Assembly: GCF_000020025.1 (NCBI RefSeq)
Contig: NC_010628.1
Location: 6,570,001-6,602,000, forward strand
Reading direction: 5' to 3'
Length of the DNA: 32,000 nt
Source of the DNA: Nostoc punctiforme PCC 73102
GTDB lineage: Bacteria; Cyanobacteriota; Cyanobacteriia; Cyanobacteriales; Nostocaceae
A program made the position numbers and the translations under genes. Below are positions 1-8,351 of this stretch, one piece after another. The notes beneath the pieces are model-generated. The model was not told the DNA's origin and made no database searches. It was given only the letters and a program-made list of their open reading frames with translations. Each line of letters begins with the position of its first letter. Positions within the stretch are counted from its first letter, which is position 1.

Positions 1-752
1 CGGGCTAGCTGATTTTGAATTGTTCCTGTCAGGATTTTATTTAGTTCTGTGATGTCTTGGAATTGCAAAATTTGCTGTGTGGGTAAGTCGAAGGGAAATT
101 GTCCTTCAATATCTGGACGTTGCATTTGTGCTAGTACAATCTGTTCAGATCGCTTACTTTGAATAGCATAGCCAATCTCAATACAGACATTGGGACTAGG
201 AATTAGTTGGGGGGTTTCTTTACCGTCAAGACTAGCGATGGGTGTGGTGTCAGCGATAAATAACAAACTTTTACGGATTTTTCGCATGATCGTGCGGTTA
301 ATCCGTAGAATAGCACCACTGGGGCGAGAGGATTCTACTAATGTTAGAGGAAGGCGCGATCGCAAGTTTAAACTTTCTAAACTTTTTCGCAGTTCTTCTC
401 TAAGAGCATTTGTCGCAGCGGCATACTCAGTTTGATAGGATAAAAAAATAGTTGGTTCTAACTGAGCCAACAGTGCCTGTTTGGTAAAATAAATTTCATG
501 ACTAATTAAGTCAATGTTGGCGACGCAATAGCCACCACTTCCTTCAATATAAAATTCAATATTTTCCCCTTCTAGATAGCGCCCAAACCAAGTTGATTTC
601 TTAACTTCGTCGCTCTCTTCTAAAAAGTCTGCCCGCAATGCCGATCTCAGCAGGCTTTTTTTGCTCAAGCGAATGTCTGGCGGACGTTTTTCTAGTTCTG
701 GAATCGGCTCGTAATCCTGTAGATACCACGCTCTGAGCGCAATAATTGACAT
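1..752 (-). CDS. Hypothetical protein, N-terminal 250 codons only (gene runs off the left edge). The distal part looks TIR-like or nucleoside 2-deoxyribosyltransferase-like.
   Basis: Hand translation of the minus strand from the ATG (complement of 750-752) stays open to position 1. It is absent from the ORF track because no stop lies in the window. The sequence reads MSIIALRAWYLQDYEPIPELEKRPP... It contains PTIFLSYQTEY (a TIR beta-A-like xFxSY motif) and SLLFIADTTP...NVCIEIGYA (a conserved Glu context). Confidence 0.5.
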   Translation of the reverse strand, partial: MSIIALRAWYLQDYEPIPELEKRPPDIRLSKKSLLRSALRADFLEESDEVKKSTWFGRYLEGENIEFYIEGSGGYCVANIDLISHEIYFTKQALLAQLEPTIFLSYQTEYAAATNALREELRKSLESLNLRSRLPLTLVESSRPSGAILRINRTIMRKIRKSLLFIADTTPIASLDGKETPQLIPSPNVCIEIGYAIQSKRSEQIVLAQMQRPDIEGQFPFDLPTQQILQFQDITELNKILTGTIQNQLA

Positions 753-1345
753 AAGGCGCTATTTAAATTATTTTTCACTATTTAGCTTAGTATAATCTTA
801 CACCAAGAGGAGTTCATATCTTAGACTTCTCTTTAAACACAACAACACCCAAGCATCTACTCGCTGAACTATCTTCTCTCGTTGTTTATCAGATGCAGGG
901 ATGTACTAATTTTCATCGCTTGTGTAAACAAGTTATGAAATCTAGTGACAGCGCCCCCTAATCTTCCACATTTGAGTAAATAGCAGTTTTCGCGTTGGGT
1001 GTTGCTGTGTTTTGACGAGACAGATGTAAGTTAAACAGCGTCTTTTACCTCTTACTTATCGATTCTAAATGCAGCTGTTATATCTGCCAGGGAAGCTTTT
1101 TTATGAGCTTCAATTATTAGATTATCACTCATCGATGGAAGGGAGTTTTTTTGCAACGAAACTTTACTTTTAAAGTATTGTGTAATCAAAGTCAATATAT
1201 TGCAGTAATGGGATAACTTCTAAATCTTTTCTTTAGCCTATTTTCAAAAAATATCATCAACCTTTTGGATGAACAAAGTAATTACTAATTCAAATTTTAA
1301 GTTTTGAAACTAACATTCTGAAAATAAGATAGAAAATCTATTCCT

Positions 1346-4078
1346 CTACCTTGAGTAAACTATTTTAGCTGGAGGCTTGACGGGAATTTCAATCCAGAAC
1401 TCTGTACCAATGCCCGGTTCTGAAATGCACTCCATTATTCCACCATGTTTTTCGACAATAATCTGATAGCTGATTGCCAATCCTAGTCCTGTACCCCTAC
1501 CCACAGGTTTGGTAGTATAAAATGGGTCAAAAATTCGCTTTTTTATCTCTGGAATCATTCCAGGCCCATTGTCACTAATACGAATCAATAGACGAGAGTT
1601 ATCTGCTGAGATTTTAGTGGAAATGCGGATAGTAGGCACTGGAGATGGCTTATTCTCTTTGTCTTCCTCCGCAGTCCCCATTTCTAAAGCATCTATGGCA
1701 TTGCTGAAAATATTCATGAATACCTGATTCATTTGGCCGGCATAGCATTCTACCTTTGGGATGTTGCCATAGTCTTTGATTACCTGAATGCCTGGAAATT
1801 TACCATTTCCTTTCAGCTGATGTTGTAAAATTAATAAGGTGTTGTCAATGCCTTCATGCAAGTCAACGCGCTTGTTTTCAGCCTCATCCAAGCGAGAAAA
1901 ATTGCGTAACGACAGCACTATTGAACGGATGCGATCGCTTCCTACTTGCATTGAGGTAATGATTCTTGGGAGGTCTTCTACCAAAAATTCAAAATCCACT
2001 GCTTCGATCGCAGCGCTAATTTCACTATGAGGATCGGGGTAGTGTAGCTGGTAGAGGCGTAAAATTTCTAGCAGTTGTTCGATGTAGTCACTGGCGTGGC
2101 ACAGATTACCGTAGATAAAGTTAACGGGGTTGTTGATTTCGTGAGCGATACCCGCCACCAACTGTCCTAAGCCGGACATTTTTTCGGTTTGAATCAATCT
2201 TGTCTGTGTTTCTTGGAGTTTATGTAGAGTCTGTCCTAACTCTCCAGCTTTATTTCTGGCTTCAGTTTCAGCTTTACAGGTTTGTTCGTAGAGTTGTGCT
2301 TGTTGAATGGCGATCGCAGCCTGATCTCCTAACTGCTGCAATAAATCAATTTCTACATCCTGCCAATTTCTGGGAGTATTACATTCATGGGCAATTAGTA
2401 AGCCCCATAGTTCTATACCTATGTTAATCGGAACTGTTAGGTTTGCTTGAATTTGCAGACTTTGTAAAAACTCTCGATGACAATCACTTAAAGAATCGGT
2501 TGAAACATTGTTAATTGCCCGTACTCTACCCTGAGAGTATAAATCCCTATGCTCATTAGGAAAGCATTCTGGTGGTGCATTCACTCCCAAAACTGACTGC
2601 CAATTACCATTCATCTCTTCCACAATCACCGATTTACTGTTCAGTTGGAAAATCACTACCCGGTCTGAATTTAGCAGTGAGCGAACTTCGGAGACAATAG
2701 TTTGCAAGGTTGTCTGCAAGTCCAATGTCCTGCGGATCTGCTCTGTGATTTGCTTGATTACCTTGGTGAGGAGTAATGATTTTTCTAGTTCAGCAGTTTG
2801 TTCTTGCACCCGCAGTTCCAAGTTGGCATTCAGGGCTTGTACTTCTTTATATATCTGTTGCTGCTGAATTGCCATTGAAAAATGATCGTACAAGGCTTGT
2901 GCCAATGTCATGTCTTCTGGTTTCCACTCAGGTGCTAGCCCTTTTTTTTGCTCTCGCCAAATCTCAAAGGAAAGCTGGGGTAAAAGTTGTCGCCGATTTT
3001 GTTCGCATCGTCCCGCCCACAAGATTTCCGTTTCAAATTCAGCGCGAAAAATGCTTAATACACCGATAAATTGTTCCCGGTAATGCAGGGGAATCACCAT
3101 CAGTCCGCGAATTTGAGTAGAACGAAATGCTAAAGCTAAAACTCGCAAATGCGGTTCTTTATATAGGTCAGAGGTTGCCCAAATATTGCCTGGTTGACAC
3201 TCAGTCATCCAGTTTTGCCATGTAGGATGCTGTTCAATAATGCTGCTATCTAATTCGTAGGGTAGTGTGGGTTGGTCGCCCCAGGTGTATAGTTCCCGAC
3301 TCTGTTCAATGTAAAGCCTACCACCGACTCCGCTGAATGCGGTAATAACTTCTTCAATAGCTCCCTGTAATTGGATTGTTGGTAGTTTATGCAATAGTGT
3401 GGTGACTCGGTTAATAGTAGCTTCTTGTTTTTGCTGGGTAAGCGCTGCTGTGAGTAGATTACTTTGAGCGATCGCGATCGCAACCTGATCGGCAACTTGC
3501 TGCAATACTTTGATTTCCCGCTTCAAAATCTTTCGCGGTTTACTCTGGTGAGATACCAACAATCCCCACAATTTAGGCTTTGCCGATTGTTGTGGATCGC
3601 TATCTAAAATTGGCACTACTAAAGAAGATTGCACCCCCATTGCCTTTAAGTATTGAATATGGCACGGGTCTACTTTGCGATAGTAGATATTAGTTTGTAG
3701 GTGTTTGCCAGTTTCTGTTGATTGTAGAGGTGATAGCCCGATTTTATGGTTTGCTACATCGACAATTGAACGTTGCCCCGCCAACAAAAACATCTCTCTG
3801 GCCGCTTCGGGGATATCATGAACTGGAAAGCGCAACCCCAACAAAGATGGCAGACGCTCGTTATGAATAGATTCAGCAATGACTTCACCACTACCGCTAG
3901 TATCAAAACGATATACTTTCACTCGATCTGCACGTAAAAATGACCGTACTTCAGTAACGGTAGTTGTTAATATTTCTTGAAGATCGAGCGATCGCCTAAT
4001 TTGTTTGATCATCCGGTGCAGTAAGCTTTCTTGCTCTAAGCTTTGCTGCAAGCCGTTTGGTTTATCGGTAGATGTCAT
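1346..4078 (-). CDS. Multi-GAF sensor histidine kinase (three GAF-like modules, coiled coil, HisKA, HATPase_c)
   Basis: 910-aa ORF. GAF-type starts recur three times (..IRRSLDLQEILTTTVTEVRSFLRADRVKVYRF.., ..IRRTLDLQTTLQTIVSEVRSLLNSDRVVIFQL..). H-box GIAHEINNPVNFIYGNL. ATP-lid motifs DNGPGM and GTGLGLAIS. Confidence 0.9.
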   Translation of the reverse strand: MTSTDKPNGLQQSLEQESLLHRMIKQIRRSLDLQEILTTTVTEVRSFLRADRVKVYRFDTSGSGEVIAESIHNERLPSLLGLRFPVHDIPEAAREMFLLAGQRSIVDVANHKIGLSPLQSTETGKHLQTNIYYRKVDPCHIQYLKAMGVQSSLVVPILDSDPQQSAKPKLWGLLVSHQSKPRKILKREIKVLQQVADQVAIAIAQSNLLTAALTQQKQEATINRVTTLLHKLPTIQLQGAIEEVITAFSGVGGRLYIEQSRELYTWGDQPTLPYELDSSIIEQHPTWQNWMTECQPGNIWATSDLYKEPHLRVLALAFRSTQIRGLMVIPLHYREQFIGVLSIFRAEFETEILWAGRCEQNRRQLLPQLSFEIWREQKKGLAPEWKPEDMTLAQALYDHFSMAIQQQQIYKEVQALNANLELRVQEQTAELEKSLLLTKVIKQITEQIRRTLDLQTTLQTIVSEVRSLLNSDRVVIFQLNSKSVIVEEMNGNWQSVLGVNAPPECFPNEHRDLYSQGRVRAINNVSTDSLSDCHREFLQSLQIQANLTVPINIGIELWGLLIAHECNTPRNWQDVEIDLLQQLGDQAAIAIQQAQLYEQTCKAETEARNKAGELGQTLHKLQETQTRLIQTEKMSGLGQLVAGIAHEINNPVNFIYGNLCHASDYIEQLLEILRLYQLHYPDPHSEISAAIEAVDFEFLVEDLPRIITSMQVGSDRIRSIVLSLRNFSRLDEAENKRVDLHEGIDNTLLILQHQLKGNGKFPGIQVIKDYGNIPKVECYAGQMNQVFMNIFSNAIDALEMGTAEEDKENKPSPVPTIRISTKISADNSRLLIRISDNGPGMIPEIKKRIFDPFYTTKPVGRGTGLGLAISYQIIVEKHGGIMECISEPGIGTEFWIEIPVKPPAKIVYSR

Positions 4079-4889
4079 TGCTTATGTACACCATGACTGA
4101 AGTATATTTTTTTATAAGTTGTCTTTAATGATAAATTTAAATTTACAATGCCTTGATTTTTATTCCATTTCGATAAATTTCTGCGACAAAGACATTGCGA
4201 GGGCCGTACATCTGTTGCAATTTTTTTAGAAATGGATTAAAGGGTATTTGAAAAGTATTAGATATTTTGCTTAATTCCCGTAGTCCTAAGAAAGTTGATT
4301 TAGGGAGATATCAAACTATTTGGTGTATCATTTGTGACTTTTCAAATATCCTTTCAATTTTAAAGTAAATAAAAATTTAAACATTGACACTTATTGATTT
4401 TATATTCTTAATCATTAAAATATTTCAGTATTTTTACTTAAATAATATCTTCATCATTACCTTATTTTCTTTACCATTTTTGCCTCGAAAGCTCCCTAAA
4501 GACCACAGTGGTTCCCCTTGAAAAACTATGTATTAGTCAGATATTTCTTAATATTTACAAGGGCGATCGCTCCTACAAGTCCCAAAGCCTTAAACTACAT
4601 TGTATATTCTCAATAGCAATAAGCTTTTTTCGCAAAAATAATGACTAGTTTACCAATTTAGCAAGAAATTCAAGTATTGTAAGCCATGTAAAACAATGCT
4701 TTGAATATTGCTAATACAAAATGTCACTAATAAATCAAATGGTCTTGAACTTGCTCTTTATTAAGTGGCTTTAGAGAGATTTAAGCCTTAAATGAAGTTG
4801 ATTTAATTATTGGCAATTTTTCAAAAAAAATGACTGGAGAATTTTAATATTCCCCGTCTAATTACTGATTTTATATTAAATGTAACTAT

Positions 4890-5022
4890 AAAACTCCTAT
4901 TTGATTTTTTGACAAGACTCAGTGCGGATCTATCCCTTCTTTCCTATTCCCCATTCCCTGCCCACGCAAGTAAATATAGCTACGCCACGCTGCGCGAACA
5001 GGAATCAAACCGAATTCCTATA
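4890..5022 (-). repeat. MITE-like dispersed repeat, copy a (inverted relative to copies b and c). Approximate ends.
   Basis: The reverse complement contains TTTGATTCCTGTTCGCGCAGCGTGGCGTAGCTATATTTACTTGCGTG and a CAAAAAATCAAATA module. These match the copies at 10287-10438 and 21215-21347. Confidence 0.6.
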
Positions 5023-5033
5023 TTTTGATGAAA

Positions 5034-5504
5034 TTATTCGTAAATTCCCGTTAAAGATAGTAAATTACGAATTTCTTCACGCACACTCATGAGAGTTTTA
5101 CCGAGATGGTTAAGACCTGCTTTATTAGCACCACAGCCCCAAAAAGAATCGGTTGGGGAGTTTTCAACCAAAAGCTCATCGCCTGTCTTCAGCAGAACTT
5201 CTCTAATATCAGCATGAGTGAGAAACTTTTTGAGTACAGCTTCTCGCATAATTTGCGTTTTGACTAAATCCCAGTCTCGACGGAGTTGGCGAGTGCTACA
5301 TCTTCCCAAGGCGGCAGCTTCTTCTGGGGTGGCGGCGGCATGGATGAGGGGTATAATTGCCGCATCTTTGCTGCCAACAAACTTTTGTGCTTGATAATAA
5401 TGCTCAACAGTTGCCCAGTAAGTGTCCTGGATATGGATTCCGTGGGGAGAAAAGTTAGAAAAACAGCCATAAGGCTGCCAAACCTTATAAAAGTAAATGG
5501 TCAT
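5034..5504 (-). CDS. NADAR-family protein (YbiA/DUF1768-like N-glycosidase or ADP-ribose-processing domain)
   Basis: 156-aa ORF with family-typical FSNFSPH, YWATVEHYYQAQKF and ENSPTDSFWGCG motifs. Confidence 0.85.
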   Translation of the reverse strand: MTIYFYKVWQPYGCFSNFSPHGIHIQDTYWATVEHYYQAQKFVGSKDAAIIPLIHAAATPEEAAALGRCSTRQLRRDWDLVKTQIMREAVLKKFLTHADIREVLLKTGDELLVENSPTDSFWGCGANKAGLNHLGKTLMSVREEIRNLLSLTGIYE

Positions 5505-5648
5505 TTGAAAATTACTCTTTCATATATAGCAATCCTATTTGATTTGTGAGAATTGCAACTCAAAACCGAACTTATCTAAATTCTGTCACTTCATCAAAGA
5601 AGGGAGTTGTTGCAGAGGTCAGTTTTCGCCCTAACCACTGCCTCTTAC

Positions 5649-7142
5649 CTACTTCATCGGTAAGGTGAGGGTGAAAGCTGTTTGACCAAAAGCTGTTGAG
5701 TCAAGGGTGAGGTCGCCATGATGTGCCCTGGCAATTTCACGGGACAGGCTCAGTCCTAGTCCGATGCCTTCTATTTTGCGGGTTCGAGCCGGATCGCCGC
5801 GATAGAAGCGGTCAAAAATGCGTTCGCGTTCACTCACTGGAATATCTTTGGATGCATTGGCAATAGTGACATGGAGAGTTGTTTGAGTTTGATAAGTGCG
5901 AATCTGTATCCAGCCGTTGGCGAGATTGTATTTTATAGCATTACTGAACAGGTTTTGCAAAACTTGAATCAGAAGATCGCGATCGCTCTGTAAGCGTAGT
6001 CCATCAGTAAAGTCAGTTTTCACAGTCAAGTGGGGAGCCAGCATTTCCACATCTTCTAGCATCTCCAACAGCAACTCAGACATATCTACCTCAACCAAAT
6101 ACAAGCCCATTTTTCCCGCATCTGCCAGAGATAGCAGCAAAAGTTTCCGCATAATTCCACTCAAGCGGCGCACCTCATCTAATAGGTTACTTAAGCGCTG
6201 TTGTACTTCACTTCCAGGATCAACCTGTTGCAGCGTTCGTTCTATTTCGCCTTGCAAAATCGTCAGTGGGGTTTTCAGTTCATGAGCCGCATCACCACTA
6301 AAGCGGGAAGCTTGGGTAAAACTGCGTTCCAACCGTTCCAACATCAAGTTAAATACCTGAATCAACTCGACAAATTCAACATCAGTTGTGCCAATGGGAA
6401 TCCGTTGATCTAGTCCTTTGACAGTCACCTGTTGAATAACGCCCGTTAATTGCCGGATGGGATGCAAAGCACCACCAGAAACTAACCATGCACCGATTGC
6501 AACTAGCAGTAGCGATCCGGGAATTGAAACCAGGAATATATTCCGAATGGTAGCCATCTCTTGATCGACGGCTTGCAGATTCACAGCAATGCCAACCTGA
6601 GCATTGGGAAATTTAGTTGCTCCAATTCGCCAAGCTGCTTTTGCTGTCTTTTCAGTGACAAATTTAGGTGGACGTGGACGAAGAAAGGGTGGCGGCCCAA
6701 CAGATGGATTTCTATTTGAGGGTGGCGGTGGTTCTCTCTGCGGAGGTGATGGTAAAGGTATCAACTGAAGGCGCTTAAGCAGCAGGCGATTCACCTCAAC
6801 GTCGGCAGGTAGGGAGTTAGATTGATAAAGTATGTTGCCGTTTGCATCAAGCACCAGTAGAGCAATGGGGGTTTTGGTATTGGTTCCGAAGGCATCAGAT
6901 AAAGAGTCTTCGTAAAATTGCCATCGTGAGGGGCGGCTTTTTTTGCCCTGATTTTCAGGAGGTTCCCCCCGTGGTGGCATCGGAGTTGCCCGCATCAAGT
7001 GATTTAACAGTTCTGCATCAAGACGGCTGATTTTAGCATTGTAAATCTGAAACCAGGAGACTGCACCAAAACCGACTAATGTAGTTCCAGCTAAAGCCGC
7101 AGACAATAGGGCAATTCGGAGGCGAAAGGAAGGGAGTTTCAT
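5649..7142 (-). CDS. Sensor histidine kinase of the heavy-metal (CusS/CopS-like) type: TM1, a roughly 170-aa periplasmic domain, TM2, HAMP, HisKA, HATPase_c
   Basis: 497-aa ORF. H-box RFSGDAAHELKTPLTIL. G-boxes GIGLGLSLSREI. Two hydrophobic segments (residues about 10-33 and 203-222) bracket a proline-rich extracytoplasmic region. 4-nt ATGA overlap with the upstream regulator gene. Confidence 0.9.
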   Translation of the reverse strand: MKLPSFRLRIALLSAALAGTTLVGFGAVSWFQIYNAKISRLDAELLNHLMRATPMPPRGEPPENQGKKSRPSRWQFYEDSLSDAFGTNTKTPIALLVLDANGNILYQSNSLPADVEVNRLLLKRLQLIPLPSPPQREPPPPSNRNPSVGPPPFLRPRPPKFVTEKTAKAAWRIGATKFPNAQVGIAVNLQAVDQEMATIRNIFLVSIPGSLLLVAIGAWLVSGGALHPIRQLTGVIQQVTVKGLDQRIPIGTTDVEFVELIQVFNLMLERLERSFTQASRFSGDAAHELKTPLTILQGEIERTLQQVDPGSEVQQRLSNLLDEVRRLSGIMRKLLLLSLADAGKMGLYLVEVDMSELLLEMLEDVEMLAPHLTVKTDFTDGLRLQSDRDLLIQVLQNLFSNAIKYNLANGWIQIRTYQTQTTLHVTIANASKDIPVSERERIFDRFYRGDPARTRKIEGIGLGLSLSREIARAHHGDLTLDSTAFGQTAFTLTLPMK

Positions 7143-7822
7143 GAGCTAGACTCTGGTTTGCGAAACCGATATCCAACCCCTCGAATGCTTTCAATCCAGA
7201 CTGGTTCATCAATGGGGTCAATTTTTTTACGAATTCGCTGGATACAAACATCTACGACGTTGGTGTTGGGGTTAAAGTCGTAACCCCAAACATGCTCCAG
7301 AATTTGGGTACGGGTGAAAACCCGTCCGGGAGAGCGCATCAGATACTCTAGAAGATTGAACTCGCGGCTGGTGAGTTCTATCGCCTGGCGATCGCAAGTA
7401 ACTTCCCTGGTGATGCGATCGAGTCTGATCGGCCCAACACTAAGGATATTTTGGCGATTGCTCACACTCCGGCGAACAACGGCATGAATTCGAGCCGCTA
7501 ACTCTTCTACAAAAAACGGTTTAGCGATGTAATCATCTGCTCCTAAATTTAGCCCTGCCAAGCGATCGTCTAGTTCATTCCGAGCCGTCAACAAAATTAC
7601 CGGCGCATTCCGACCTTGCCCCCGCAAGAGTTTTAAGATTGATAGTCCATCCTTTCCCGGCACCATAATGTCGAGGATAAGAACATCATATTCATTTTCT
7701 AATGCCCGCAGATATCCTTCATCACCGTTGTCGCAGTAGTCTACAACAAATCCCTGCTCCTTCAGTCCAGCCCGGACGAAGTTAGCAATTTTCGCCTCAT
7801 CTTCGACAAATAGAACGTTCAC
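7139..7822 (-). CDS. OmpR/PhoB-type response regulator, CusR/CopR clade
   Basis: 227-aa ORF. Receiver motifs VEDE, ILDIMVPGKDG, LTAR and KPF. Winged-helix tail LTSREFNLLEYL...TNVVDVCIQRIRKKID...IRGVGYRF. By eye it aligns along its full length with E. coli CusR. Confidence 0.9.
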   Translation of the reverse strand: MNVLFVEDEAKIANFVRAGLKEQGFVVDYCDNGDEGYLRALENEYDVLILDIMVPGKDGLSILKLLRGQGRNAPVILLTARNELDDRLAGLNLGADDYIAKPFFVEELAARIHAVVRRSVSNRQNILSVGPIRLDRITREVTCDRQAIELTSREFNLLEYLMRSPGRVFTRTQILEHVWGYDFNPNTNVVDVCIQRIRKKIDPIDEPVWIESIRGVGYRFRKPESSS

Positions 7823-7876
7823 AAGTATTTATTAGTTTATATATTGTTCCATTCTAGATTCATTACCTTTCTACTT

Positions 7877-7920
7877 AAATTACAAAACTGTAATTTAGAA
7901 ACCACGTGGACTGTAATTTT
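7877..7920. promoter_or_regulatory. Cassette 1: 20-bp palindrome AAATTACAAAACTGTAATTT (7877-7896), 14 nt, then CTGTAATTTT (7911-7920). Predicted response-regulator box and promoter for the 7973 gene, and possibly autoregulation of the divergent two-component operon.
   Basis: The palindrome is visible directly. The same architecture with identical spacing recurs at 8265-8308. TAATTT (7914-7919) lies 17 nt after the right half-site and could be a -10 element. Confidence 0.55.
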
Positions 7921-7972
7921 GAGGTGGCTTAATCAGAAATATGAACACCTTACCTTTTCCAGGTTGAGTTAT

Positions 7973-8242
7973 ATGAATATTCGTCGAGTCTTAACCGTAG
8001 CGGCGATTCCTTTTTTGATTGATACATTCGGTTTTAGCCTACAAAATCAGGCTTATGCCGCTAATCCATCCAATCGAAATGCCCAGATTTCTCAACAGCC
8101 TCAAACACCACAAATATCTGATAAAAAACCACAGATTAGAGATTCTAAACCCTTTCTAAATCAGAAAAAGCGTCTTCGCCAATATCCCCAAAATCATCAT
8201 CAGGGTGCGGTTCAAAATCGTGTAGAACACAATAACCGTTAA
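7973..8242 (+). CDS. Small secreted Q/N/P-rich protein (89 aa) of unknown function
   Basis: I moved the start to the internal ATG at 7973, because the longer track ORF would begin inside the regulatory palindrome. The N-terminus MNIRRVLTVAAIPFLIDTFGFSLQNQAYA-ANP is a signal peptide with an AxA site. It is paralogous to the N-terminus of the next gene. Confidence 0.55.
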   Translation: MNIRRVLTVAAIPFLIDTFGFSLQNQAYAANPSNRNAQISQQPQTPQISDKKPQIRDSKPFLNQKKRLRQYPQNHHQGAVQNRVEHNNR

Positions 8243-8264
8243 TTGCAGCACCCTTTCTTCCTCA

Positions 8265-8308
8265 AAATTACAAAATTGTAATTTACAAGCAGGGCAAACT
8301 GTAATTTT
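8265..8308. promoter_or_regulatory. Cassette 2: palindrome AAATTACAAAATTGTAATTT (8265-8284), 14 nt, then CTGTAATTTT (8299-8308)
   Basis: Duplicate of cassette 1 with identical spacing. It is followed by a conserved leader, AATCAGAAAT(A/G)T(G/A)AAC, as in cassette 1. Confidence 0.55.
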
Positions 8309-8351
8309 GTTTCAGTTAAATCAGAAATGTAAACGAGCTATCTTTGGAAAA

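Noticed and set aside
190-435. 81-aa plus-strand track ORF.
   Set aside because: It lies entirely antisense to the longer uninterrupted minus-strand frame (1-752), which has recognisable motifs. It is Arg/Ser-rich, a composition typical of a shadow ORF.
1839-3495. Several 60-100-aa ORFs inside the GAF kinase gene on either strand (1839-2030, 2200-2427, 2776-3069, 3250-3495).
   Set aside because: They are nested within, or antisense to, a 910-aa ORF with clear domain motifs, and they carry no motifs of their own.
4079-4889. An 800-bp AT-rich region with no ORF upstream of the GAF kinase, considered as a possible ncRNA or prophage remnant.
   Set aside because: I could find no repeat structure, terminator, conserved motif or small ORF with a convincing ribosome-binding site. 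Long AT-rich spacers are common in Nostocales. I make no call here.
1-5504. The TIR-like gene and the NADAR gene as a linked NAD/ADP-ribose defence pair.
   Set aside because: They are separated by a 2.7 kb kinase gene and two spacers of 0.6 and 0.95 kb, so they are unlikely to be co-transcribed. The co-occurrence within 5 kb may be chance, and the TIR call itself is tentative.
7844-8351. The longer track versions of the two small secreted-protein ORFs (starts at 7844 and 8307).
   Set aside because: Those starts would place the coding sequence over the palindromic regulatory boxes and the conserved leader. The internal ATGs (7973 and 8352) give canonical, mutually paralogous signal peptides.
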